DNA of 17,650 nucleotides from an uncultured Deinococcales bacterium (GTDB taxonomy: Bacteria > Deinococcota > Deinococci > Deinococcales > JAAFIG01): contig CAXTTL010000087.1 of NCBI GenBank assembly GCA_964247135.1, forward strand, positions 1-17,650, read 5' to 3'. The position numbers and the translations under genes are program-made. Positions 1 through 7,541 of the stretch are shown here, in pieces. Below the pieces are notes generated by a model that saw nothing but the letters and a program-made list of their open reading frames with translations, did no database searches and had not been told where the DNA came from. The number at the start of each line of letters is the position of its first letter. Position 1 is the stretch's first letter.

Positions 1-569
1 GCGTTGTAAATGTAGCCGCCAGCATTTTCGACGCGCACCAGTGGGCTGTAACTTTCATCACCTATCGAACCGGGCTTAAATTCGGTGGGCGGGAATGGAT
101 TTGTTTTTGGACCTGGTCTGATCACGTGTTCTGGGGCAAAATTGACTGTACCAGAATCAAAAGTCAGTGTGCCGTCCGTTCCGAGTCTGGCGTTGCGGGC
201 GCCCTTGCCGACGCTGGCATAGGTCAATTTTGCCGAATAATTGAGTCCCAAGGCATCCGCGTTGCCCTTATCGTTGGTGTCGGTCAGGACGTACCAAACG
301 TTTTTCTTGTCTTTGGTTTGACCACGGTACAAGGGCAGGGTGATCGTGCCTTTGGCTTCATCTATCGTGCCGGATTTCAGCAGTTGCACGGGTCCGACCA
401 ATTCTTTTTGGACGCTCGAGGGTGCGGGTCCAAAGTAGGTCAGTGGAATGTCCGCGCCAATGGACGGCGGTGCGGGTTGGGTGTCCCCGCCTTGGGCGAC
501 CACGATTCCAAGTGCGGCGAGCAAAATGACGGTTGCGAGGCTCGAGCTGGAGAATTTGAATCCTGGCAT
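1..569 (-). CDS. Secreted hypothetical protein, partial (runs off the left edge; absent from the ORF track)
   Basis: ATG at 569 preceded by AAGGA RBS. The frame is open to the edge: MPGFKFSSSSLATVILLAALGIVVAQGGDTQPAPPSIGADIPLTYFGPAPSSVQKELVGPVQLLKSGTIDEAKGTITLPLYRG...PFPPTEFKPGSIGDESYSPLVRVENAGGYIYNA. It has an N-terminal hydrophobic signal peptide. Confidence 0.85.
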   Translation of the reverse strand, partial: MPGFKFSSSSLATVILLAALGIVVAQGGDTQPAPPSIGADIPLTYFGPAPSSVQKELVGPVQLLKSGTIDEAKGTITLPLYRGQTKDKKNVWYVLTDTNDKGNADALGLNYSAKLTYASVGKGARNARLGTDGTLTFDSGTVNFAPEHVIRPGPKTNPFPPTEFKPGSIGDESYSPLVRVENAGGYIYN

Positions 570-633
570 GGTTTGTCCTTTACGTGTTCCGAACCTAGAG
601 GGCGAGCATGATTGCAGACAAGGGCGGTTTGGC

Positions 634-675
634 TTGAACCTTTGCGTCAGGAAATGCTTTAACGCAGAGGTTCAA
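634..675. other. 14-bp inverted repeat / hairpin between the SARP-like gene and the secreted-protein gene
   Basis: TTGAACCTTTGCGT (634-647) vs ACGCAGAGGTTCAA (662-675), one mismatch, 14-nt loop. No clear U-tract, so it could be a terminator, a stabiliser or an operator. Confidence 0.45.
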
Positions 676-731
676 ATCCTGCCTTTAGCTTGCCCCGAGG
701 TGTGGGTAATTTCTGGGTAATCAAATCTTGG

Positions 732-1724
732 TCACTCGAGCATTTTCTGGTATGCCTTACGAAGGGCTTGGGCTGCCGAGAATTCACCAGATTGCTCGAA
801 CAAATGAATCAATCTGGCGGTCGCCATTTCACTGAAGGCTTCAATCTCGAGGGCATCTTGGTAGATTTCGATGGCTCGTCTGGGTTCGTCTCGCTCGAGG
901 CTCTGGGCAAGCTTGAGGGCGGCACCCAGCGCCTGATCGGTCATGAGGGTGCGTTTGAGGTTCGCCCATTCACTGGTCGTGTACGGCATAAATTCGCCTC
1001 GGTATAACCCAAGTGCCCGCTCTAAACCCTGGGCATCTGGGTTTTTCAGCGCCTTGGCAAACTCGGCGGCATCGACCCAAAGCTCGAGTTGGGATGAGAG
1101 TTGGTAGCGTCTTTGTTCAAAAACAATTGGATTAAACTCGAGTTGTCCTGTGTGGATCAACGCGTTTCGGCTGCGCCGCACGACCACGCGAAAATACTCG
1201 CGGTTGCTGCGGGTGGCTTGTGCATTCCAGAGTTCGTCACAAATTCGGTCTTTGCTGGCGGCACCGTTCAGGGAAAGCCAAACGATCAGTTCGCTACACC
1301 TGGAAAACGGGAAGCGCACCGGTGTTCCAGACAACTTAATCTCGAGGTGTTTAAAGGTTCGCACCTCCAGCAAGCGATGTTGCTGGGTTGGGGAAGGGTT
1401 TTTTTTGAATTTTGGTTGGATTGTTTTGCTGGACAATACTTGGCTGAACGGGTTTGAAGCATTCAAAAACATGCCCTCGAATTCCAGTTCAGATTCGCGC
1501 CGATTTGTCAGGTTTGCCAGCAAACTGTTGATCTGCCAGGTGATTTCACCGATCATCTCGAGGGCTTGCTGCAAAATCAGTGCGACTTCCTCGAGTTGTT
1601 CTGTGCCCAGGGCAATTTGAACGCTTTGCAGGGCGTGAATGCTCGAAAGGGCGGTTTCGAGCTTTTGGATGATTCTCTCTTGGAGTGTGGTGTCCAAGGT
1701 TGTCTGGGACTGCACCGATTTCAT
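732..1724 (-). CDS. SARP/BTAD-domain transcriptional activator with an N-terminal coiled-coil extension (~330 aa)
   Basis: Winged-HTH signature (ELIVWLSLNGAASKDRICDELW...RVVVRRSRNAL) followed by BTAD signature (VDAAEF...ALGLYRGEFMP...EWA...ALEIEAFSE). Start reassigned to ATG 1724 (MKSVQ), which has GGAGG upstream. Confidence 0.8.
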   Translation of the reverse strand: MKSVQSQTTLDTTLQERIIQKLETALSSIHALQSVQIALGTEQLEEVALILQQALEMIGEITWQINSLLANLTNRRESELEFEGMFLNASNPFSQVLSSKTIQPKFKKNPSPTQQHRLLEVRTFKHLEIKLSGTPVRFPFSRCSELIVWLSLNGAASKDRICDELWNAQATRSNREYFRVVVRRSRNALIHTGQLEFNPIVFEQRRYQLSSQLELWVDAAEFAKALKNPDAQGLERALGLYRGEFMPYTTSEWANLKRTLMTDQALGAALKLAQSLERDEPRRAIEIYQDALEIEAFSEMATARLIHLFEQSGEFSAAQALRKAYQKMLE

Positions 1725-1829
1725 ACCGAAAACCTCCGAGTTGATTTTTAACGCACACTTGGGCATCGAGCGGCGCTCGAGTGGTAATTCGAGCAAAAGT
1801 TTTGAACAATTCACTTGGATCGGTAGATT

Positions 1830-1845
1830 AGTTAGTTAACTGACT
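1830..1845. promoter_or_regulatory. Putative TetR operator, copy 1 (AGTTAGTTAACTGACT), upstream of the SARP-like gene
   Basis: Near-perfect 16-bp palindrome. Related sites occur at 2543-2558 and 3773-3788. Confidence 0.6.
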
Positions 1846-1906
1846 TATATTTGATCCTCAGAATCCAAGTCAGCTATCGTTTTGTGCATGATGCCCGAGA
1901 CCGAAT

Positions 1907-2521
1907 TTAGTGTTTTGCAGTCATCATTTTTGGCTTGACATCCGCCACCGACTGCTCGAGCCAGCGTTCGATGCCGACCAATTGCTGATCGAGAAAATCC
2001 GCGTCGTTCATGGCGTTGGCAAGCGTATACGCGCCGTACAAACGAGCCAGAAATTCGGCGGCGAGGCGCTTGGGCTTTGGCTTTTTTAAGGCTTTAAATT
2101 GCGCCTCGGCAAACTCGAGGTACAGCCGCAACAAACCTGCGGCATCGTCGGCTTGTTGGTTTTGAATTTCCCGTAAGCCCTGCGCCAACGAGGCGTAAGG
2201 GCAACCGTGGGCGGTCAGCAATTCGCGGCTTCGAGACGAATCGTGAACCATTGACCGCAAACGCTCAAACGGGTCGGCTTGGCAACTTGCCAGCTCGAGT
2301 TCAACTTCTATCTCTTGGCGCCTGGCTCTGACCACGGCGGCAATCATGTCGTCTTTGCTGCGAAAATGATAATAGACATTGCCCAAGGGAACGTGGGCAG
2401 TCTCGGCAATCGTGGCGATGGTTGTGGGGGCAATGCCGCGCTCGTGAAACAGCCTCATGGCAGCCTCGAGCAGCCGCTCTCGCACGGGAGCTTGGGTTGG
2501 GTTGTTTTTGATTGAGGTCAT
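1907..2521 (-). CDS. TetR/AcrR family transcriptional regulator
   Basis: RERLLEAAMRLFHERGIAPTTIATIAETAHVPLGNVYYHFRSKDDM TetR HTH and a C-terminal GCP motif. ATG 2521 has a G-rich RBS; alternative start at 2548. Confidence 0.93.
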   Translation of the reverse strand: MTSIKNNPTQAPVRERLLEAAMRLFHERGIAPTTIATIAETAHVPLGNVYYHFRSKDDMIAAVVRARRQEIEVELELASCQADPFERLRSMVHDSSRSRELLTAHGCPYASLAQGLREIQNQQADDAAGLLRLYLEFAEAQFKALKKPKPKRLAAEFLARLYGAYTLANAMNDADFLDQQLVGIERWLEQSVADVKPKMMTAKH

Positions 2522-2540
2522 CGGTGTCCCCCCGAGTTTG

Positions 2541-2560
2541 TCAGTCATTTAACTGAATGA
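2541..2560. promoter_or_regulatory. Putative TetR operator, copy 2 (TCAGTCATTTAACTGAATGA), overlapping the predicted tetR transcription start
   Basis: 20-bp imperfect palindrome directly downstream of the -10 box. Confidence 0.65.
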
Positions 2561-2588
2561 GGTTAAATCCTGGTGGCTCGCCTGTCAA
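2560..2588 (-). promoter_or_regulatory. Sigma70-type promoter of tetR
   Basis: Minus strand reads TTGACA (2588-2583), 17 nt, TAACCT (2565-2560). Confidence 0.75.
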
Positions 2589-2591
2589 GAA

Positions 2592-2622
2592 TTCCCCCGA
2601 GTTTGAAATAAACCCGAGGGAA
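2592..2622 (-). terminator. Probable terminator hairpin after the DM13 gene
   Basis: TTCCCTCGGGTTT-ATTTC-AAACTCGGGGGAA: a 13-bp stem whose two mismatches are G-U pairs only on the minus strand. The U-tract is weak. Confidence 0.55.
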
Positions 2623-2638
2623 AATGTTTGAAGGAGGT

Positions 2639-3088
2639 TCAGTTCAGATTCGCACCCGCGAAGGTCACTTTGGCGACATCGCACCAAATGATCAGGCTTT
2701 TGAAATTCTCGAGTTTGGTGTTGGCAGGAATTTTGTATTGATAATTGCCCTTGAACGGTGCGCCGAGTTTGCCCAGGTCAACAAATTTTGCGCCCAGTTT
2801 TTTGACGGTTTTGCTGGGCACAGCGGCGGCGTACAGGTAGACGTGAAGATCGGGACCCGCCTCGGTTTTGAGGTTTTGAAGTCGCACCACACGGTTGCCA
2901 TCGCTTTGCTTCAGGATTTCGAGGCTGCCCGTGGTCGGTGCGCCGACGCTGAGGAGTTTGACGGTTTTCTCGAGCGTTCCTATGACATCAGATTTCATGG
3001 TTTGGGCGCCAACGTGGTTGGTGTTGATGGCAACCAAACCGAGGGCGGAAACGGCAATAACGGCGCTAACAATCTTTTGAATATTCAT
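2639..3088 (-). CDS. DM13 electron-transfer domain protein, exported (149 aa)
   Basis: DM13 motifs GPDLHVYL, VDLGKL, GNYQYKIP, SLIIWC...FAGA and a signal peptide. Start reassigned to ATG 3088 with AAGGAG RBS. Confidence 0.88.
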   Translation of the reverse strand: MNIQKIVSAVIAVSALGLVAINTNHVGAQTMKSDVIGTLEKTVKLLSVGAPTTGSLEILKQSDGNRVVRLQNLKTEAGPDLHVYLYAAAVPSKTVKKLGAKFVDLGKLGAPFKGNYQYKIPANTKLENFKSLIIWCDVAKVTFAGANLN

Positions 3089-3183
3089 GATGGACTCCTT
3101 TGATGACTCGAGCAAACTCGAGGGGCGTGGGGCGAGCAAACGGCGGCGGCACGGGTAAATTGAGTGCGTGTGACTCGAGATGG

Positions 3184-3750
3184 TTAAGGTTTTGGCTCGA
3201 GCGTGAAGTTGACTTTGACATCGACCTTTTGGTCGGCGCCAGGAATATTGATCTGGTGATCGCCGAGCGTGACATCGAAGGCGGCGCTGACTTTGACGCG
3301 TTGACCCTCGAGCTTGAGCGTGATTGGGGCGTTGAGCGGGGTGGCAATGCCGTTGAGGTCAAATGTTCCGACGGCGATGGCTTTGGTTTCTTTGCCCACC
3401 TCGAGCGATTTGATTCCAGCAATCCTCTCAAGCTTGAACACAGCATTCGGATGCTTGTCCGCACCCAGATAGCCCCTGGCGTGTTCGTCGCGCAGTCCAA
3501 TACCCGTATCGAGTTTTGCCAGGTTGACGCTGACGCTGCCGCTGGTTTTGGCGAGGTTCTTGGGGTCAAAATTGAGTTTGGCGCTGACGGCATTGACATG
3601 CCCAGGCACGGGAATCAGGGTCACCCGAAAATTGAATTCGGCACTGGCGGCGGTATTTGCGACACTGTACGGTTGGTTGACGGCGAGTGCGGTCACGGTG
3701 AGCGCGGTGGTGAGGAGTGCGGCGAGGATACTTTTGGTTGAACGGTTCAT
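3184..3750 (-). CDS. YceI family (polyisoprenoid/lipid-binding) exported protein (188 aa)
   Basis: YceI signature SVNLAKLDTGIGLRDEHARGYLGADKHPNAVF and a signal peptide. Start reassigned to ATG 3750 with GGAGG RBS. Confidence 0.88.
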   Translation of the reverse strand: MNRSTKSILAALLTTALTVTALAVNQPYSVANTAASAEFNFRVTLIPVPGHVNAVSAKLNFDPKNLAKTSGSVSVNLAKLDTGIGLRDEHARGYLGADKHPNAVFKLERIAGIKSLEVGKETKAIAVGTFDLNGIATPLNAPITLKLEGQRVKVSAAFDVTLGDHQINIPGADQKVDVKVNFTLEPKP

Positions 3751-3772
3751 AACTTCCTCCAAGGTCAGTTTA

Positions 3773-3788
3773 AGTAAGCCAACTGACT
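3773..3788. promoter_or_regulatory. Putative TetR operator, copy 3 (AGTAAGCCAACTGACT), upstream of yceI-DM13
   Basis: Matches the consensus AGTNAGTTAACTGACT with an intact AACTGACT half-site, 23 nt upstream of the ATG. Confidence 0.55.
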
Positions 3789-3846
3789 GAATTACGGGGC
3801 AAATCAAAGAATGGTTCAATCCAAATCGCTGTCTAGACTCGAGTTC

Positions 3847-3886
3847 AAAAATAAAGAACACCTCGAGCTTTAAACTCGAGGTGTTC
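3847..3886 (-). terminator. Rho-independent terminator of the 5'-nucleotidase gene
   Basis: Perfect 12-bp stem GAACACCTCGAG / CTCGAGGTGTTC with a 7-nt loop, followed on the minus strand by TTTATTTTT, 17 nt after the stop. Confidence 0.85.
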
Positions 3887-3902
3887 CCAGAATTTGCGGT
3901 GC

Positions 3903-5549
3903 TTACGCTTTGGGTTCGTTCAAAATCGTGATTCGACCCTCGAGTCCAATGTCCACGGTTTTCAGGAATTGCACGTAGTCGCTCATGACCGAGTAATCGG
4001 GCAGGTAGGTGTCGAGCCTGGGTCCTTTGGCGTTTTTCAGCATGTCAAAGCCGTCGCCTCCGCCAGCCACGAAGTTGTTGGTCACGATCTTGAATTTCGC
4101 CGCCTCGTCGAGCGGTTTGAAACCGTCTTTGACGTTGCCAATTTGCACATCTTTGATCCTGGCGCCCGGTTTTTGCGCCAGATCAAAGGTGTATTTTAGC
4201 CCTGAAACCTGCAAGAACCGTCCAGCGCCCGCCTCCCATTGGCTGACGCCATTCTCGAGGGCGGCTTTCAGCTCGTTACCGCTAATCTCGAGGGTATAAA
4301 GGGTGTTGCCGAAGGGTTGCACGGTCAGGATGTCGCCCTGGGTGATTGGACCCGCCTGGATGCTGGCGCGGACGCCGCCGCCGTTTTGCAAACTGATGGT
4401 CGTGCCCAGGTTTTTGGTGCGCCACAGGTTGGCGTCGGCGATCAGGTTGGAAAGGTTGGTCTCGCGTTTGCGGACGTCAGTGCGTTCGCCGTTCAGTTTG
4501 ACGGCGCTCGAGCCGACCACGGTTTTGCGGAAGCCATCGAGCGGTACGGTGAATGCTTTGAGGGTGGCTTGCAGGCGCGTATCGGCTTTGAAGGTCGCGG
4601 TGACTGGCGTGACCGTGCCTTTCCATGCCACCGGCACGCCGTCAGCGTTCAAACTCAGGCGCAGACTGCCGTAAAATTTGCCCCACTCCCAGACTTGGGT
4701 GATCAAAATGGTTTTGCCGTTTGAGTCTTTTAAAACCGTTGGATAATTGCCTTCACTGGCGGGCAAACCGTTGCCCTCAAATTTGCCGAGCGGGGTGTGC
4801 GAGTGACCGCCAACAATCACACCCACGCCTTTGAGTTGCGGCGCAAGCTTGAGGTCTTCGCCGTAACCCAAGTGCGAGAGCAAAATGATTTTGGTGATGC
4901 CCTGGCTGCGCAAATCATCGACGGCTTTTTGCACGCTGGTCAGCGGGTCAAGAAATTTCACCGTATCGCCAGGACTCGAGGTGATCGGGGTTTCTGGCGT
5001 GGTGACGCCGACGATACCGACTTTTTGCCCAGCAATCTCGAGGATCGTGCTGGGTTTGATCAGGCTTTTTAAGAGCGGGTCGGCGCTGGCGTCGATGTTG
5101 GCGCTGACCACCGGGAAACTGGCGTTTTTGATGTACTCGGCGAGTTGGCTTGGTCCATTGTCAAATTCGTGGTTGCCGATGGTTTGAGCTTGCACACCGA
5201 AGGCTTCCATGTACGCCAGGTCTGCCAGACCTTTGTAAATCATGCCGTAAATGGTGCCGGTAAAGACATCGCCCGCGTCCAAGATCACGGGGTTGATGGC
5301 ATTCTTTTTAAGATCGTCCACGGCGGCTTTGATCCTTCCGACGCCGCCGTATTCGACTTTGAAATCTTTGCCCGCAGCGTCTTTGCCCGTGTAGGGGGTC
5401 GGCTCGAGGTGATCGTGGGTGTCGTTGGAATGCAGAATCGTGAAGGTCAGGGTGCTGCCTGCCGCCACCGCTTGGTTGCTGGTTTGAATCGCGCTGGCTG
5501 CACCGGTGATGCCCAAGAGTTTTAAAATGTCGCGCCTCGAAATGCTCAT
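3903..5549 (-). CDS. Tat-exported bifunctional metallophosphatase / 5'-nucleotidase (UshA-like)
   Basis: Twin-arginine SRRDILK signal. Metallophosphoesterase motifs HSNDTH, LDAGD, IGNHEFD, LLSHLG, GGHSH, and C-terminal domain NGGGVRA...FLQVSG...GGDGF. GAGGAGG RBS. Confidence 0.93.
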   Translation of the reverse strand: MSISRRDILKLLGITGAASAIQTSNQAVAAGSTLTFTILHSNDTHDHLEPTPYTGKDAAGKDFKVEYGGVGRIKAAVDDLKKNAINPVILDAGDVFTGTIYGMIYKGLADLAYMEAFGVQAQTIGNHEFDNGPSQLAEYIKNASFPVVSANIDASADPLLKSLIKPSTILEIAGQKVGIVGVTTPETPITSSPGDTVKFLDPLTSVQKAVDDLRSQGITKIILLSHLGYGEDLKLAPQLKGVGVIVGGHSHTPLGKFEGNGLPASEGNYPTVLKDSNGKTILITQVWEWGKFYGSLRLSLNADGVPVAWKGTVTPVTATFKADTRLQATLKAFTVPLDGFRKTVVGSSAVKLNGERTDVRKRETNLSNLIADANLWRTKNLGTTISLQNGGGVRASIQAGPITQGDILTVQPFGNTLYTLEISGNELKAALENGVSQWEAGAGRFLQVSGLKYTFDLAQKPGARIKDVQIGNVKDGFKPLDEAAKFKIVTNNFVAGGGDGFDMLKNAKGPRLDTYLPDYSVMSDYVQFLKTVDIGLEGRITILNEPKA

Positions 5550-5665
5550 AAGTTCCTCCTCGAGAAATACGTTCGAGCTTCATTGTACTCGGTGAGGTCA
5601 TGGCTGGGTGATATTTGAAACTGGGTTTCTCGAGGGGTGTTCTGTAGCGGGTGACAGTTTGGGTG

Positions 5666-5694
5666 TTGCGCAAAAGAGGCTTGGTGGTTAGACT
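5666..5694 (+). promoter_or_regulatory. Putative pckA promoter
   Basis: TTGCGC (5666-5671), 17 nt, TAGACT (5689-5694). Confidence 0.55.
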
Positions 5695-5707
5695 GAACCA
5701 AGTATTC

Positions 5708-5743
5708 CTAACGAGCGTTTGTTTTAAATTTAACAAACGTTCG
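5708..5743. promoter_or_regulatory. Two tandem TetR/PaaR-type operator boxes in the pckA leader
   Basis: CTAACGAGCGTTTG (5708-5721) fits CNAACGNNCGTTNG exactly. TTAACAAACGTTCG (5730-5743) fits with two mismatches. The boxes are 22 bp apart. Confidence 0.55.
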
Positions 5744-5770
5744 TCATACCCTCAAGTTCTCGGAGGAAAC

Positions 5771-7387
5771 ATGACGACCATTCAACATCCTCAAGCCATT
5801 GACCAAACCATGCCTCAAACCTCAGACCTTCTGGGTCGTATGCACCCACGCACCCTTTACCGCAACCTCAGCACGCCCAGACTGATCGAGGAAGCCCTCA
5901 AGCGCTTTGAAGGTTGGCTGACCAAAGACGGCGCTTTTATCGCGCATACAGGCGTTCACACGGGGCGCAGCGCCCAAGACAAATTCGTGGTCAAAACTGA
6001 CTCGAGTGACAAGATTTGGTGGGACAGCCCCTACCAAAAACCGCTCTCAGAACAACACTTTCAGACACTGCTGGGCGATGTACTCGAGCATTTTGAGGCT
6101 CGAGATACTTTTGTGCTCGACGCCTTCGCGGGTGCGGACGCCAAATTTCGTCTTCAAGTTCAAGTCATTACCGAATTCGCCTGGCACAACCATTTCGCCC
6201 GCAACATGTTCATTCCCTGCAACCCAACACAGGCTCGAGATTTTGTCGGCGATTTTACGGTGATCTGTGCACCAAGTTTTAAAGCCGACCCCGCACGGCA
6301 CGGCTCGAGGACTGAAACCCAGATCGTGATTTCGTTCGAGCACGGGGTGGTTTTGATTGTCGGCACCAGTTATGCGGGCGAGATCAAGAAAAGCATTTTT
6401 ACGGTCTTAAACCATCTCCTGCCCGCCCAAAACGTCATGCCCATGCACTGCTCGGCAAATATTGGCGCATCAGGCGACGTGGCATTGTTTTTCGGCATGA
6501 GCGGCACGGGCAAAACCACGCTCTCCGCCGACCCGACACGGGGCTTGATTGGCGACGACGAACACGGCTGGAGTGACGCTGGCGTCTTCAACTTCGAGGG
6601 CGGCTGTTACGCCAAAGTGATCGGCTTAAACCAAAACGTAGAACCCGAAATTTTTCAAACCACCCGCACCCCAGGCACGGTGCTCGAGAATGTGGTCTTT
6701 GACCTCGAAACCAGGGAAATTGATTTAAACGATGCCAGCCTGACCGAAAATACGCGCAGCGCTTACCCGTTAAGCCAGATTTCGGGCGCGGTCATCCCAA
6801 GCCTCGGCGGGCATCCCAAAAACATTATTTTTCTGGCAGCCGATGCGTTCGGGGTTTTACCACCGATCTCGGGTTTAACGCCGGAGCAAGCGATGTATTA
6901 CTTTTTAAACGGGTACACCGCCAAGATCGCGGGCACCGAAAAAGGCATTCTTGAGCCGCAAGCCAGCTTTGAAACCGCCTTCGGCGCACCATTTTTGACC
7001 CGCGAGCCTCAAGTCTATGCCGAATTGTTGCGCAAAAAAATCGCGCAACACGGCACAAAAGTCTGGCTGGTCAACACGGGCTGGACGGGTGGCGCCGCCG
7101 GTGTGGGCAAACGAATTCCAATCGCTTACACCCGAGCGATGGTTCGTGCCGCGCTCGAGGGCAAACTCGAGGGCGTGGCAACGAGCAGACACCCAATTTT
7201 TGGCTTGCACGTGCCGATTAACGTTGAAGGCGTGCCAAGTGCCGTTTTGAATCCTCGAGATTCTTGGACGGATCAAGACGCTTACGACTTGCAAGCCCGA
7301 AAACTGGCGCAAATGTTCACCAAAAATTTTGTGCAATTTGAACCTGGGGCTTCAGATTTGCTTAACAATTCAAACCCGACATTTTAA
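5771..7387 (+). CDS. pckA: Phosphoenolpyruvate carboxykinase (ATP), 538 aa
   Basis: HTGRS, YAGEIKK, MHCSAN, P-loop FGMSGTGKTTLS, LIGDDEHGW, FNFEGGCYAK, ENTR and WLVNTGW. Start reassigned to ATG 5771 after GGAGG. Confidence 0.97.
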   Translation: MTTIQHPQAIDQTMPQTSDLLGRMHPRTLYRNLSTPRLIEEALKRFEGWLTKDGAFIAHTGVHTGRSAQDKFVVKTDSSDKIWWDSPYQKPLSEQHFQTLLGDVLEHFEARDTFVLDAFAGADAKFRLQVQVITEFAWHNHFARNMFIPCNPTQARDFVGDFTVICAPSFKADPARHGSRTETQIVISFEHGVVLIVGTSYAGEIKKSIFTVLNHLLPAQNVMPMHCSANIGASGDVALFFGMSGTGKTTLSADPTRGLIGDDEHGWSDAGVFNFEGGCYAKVIGLNQNVEPEIFQTTRTPGTVLENVVFDLETREIDLNDASLTENTRSAYPLSQISGAVIPSLGGHPKNIIFLAADAFGVLPPISGLTPEQAMYYFLNGYTAKIAGTEKGILEPQASFETAFGAPFLTREPQVYAELLRKKIAQHGTKVWLVNTGWTGGAAGVGKRIPIAYTRAMVRAALEGKLEGVATSRHPIFGLHVPINVEGVPSAVLNPRDSWTDQDAYDLQARKLAQMFTKNFVQFEPGASDLLNNSNPTF

Positions 7388-7457
7388 TTTGGCTTTGAAT
7401 TTTGTGGTTTGACGCCCGAAGGTATTGACCTATCGAGCGTCAAACTCTACTAAACAA

Positions 7458-7483
7458 CAATTGTCAGAGTTCTGTGACAATTG
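7458..7483. promoter_or_regulatory. Perfect inverted repeat upstream of the S8 peptidase gene (candidate operator)
   Basis: CAATTGTCA-N8-TGACAATTG, AT-rich, about 60 nt before the start codon. Confidence 0.4.
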
Positions 7484-7541
7484 ATATTGCATACTGCTTT
7501 CAAGTTCTGAATATCCTTGCAGTCTGAAACGAGAACACACA

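Noticed and set aside
620-700. c-di-GMP-I (GEMM) riboswitch suggested by GACGCAAAG on the minus strand
   Set aside because: The upstream GGCAAA and GNRA-capped stem are missing, and the motif is explained as one arm of the 634-675 inverted repeat. An Rfam/Infernal scan would settle it.
732-1724. CTCGAG sites as binding sites for the SARP protein (Streptomyces SARPs bind TCGAG-containing repeats)
   Set aside because: The sites are spread uniformly through coding DNA and are not arranged as 11-bp-period promoter repeats.
126-1839. Plus-strand ORFs 126-611, 448-720, 690-1007, 1101-1457, 1150-1620 and similar
   Set aside because: They are antisense shadows of well-supported minus-strand genes, with no RBS or family motifs.
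5651-5770. Longer N-termini given by the ORF track for pckA (also SARP 1814, DM13 3139, YceI 3861)
   Set aside because: The extensions run through promoter, operator or terminator sequence. Downstream ATGs have strong RBSs and, for the exported proteins, restore proper signal peptides.
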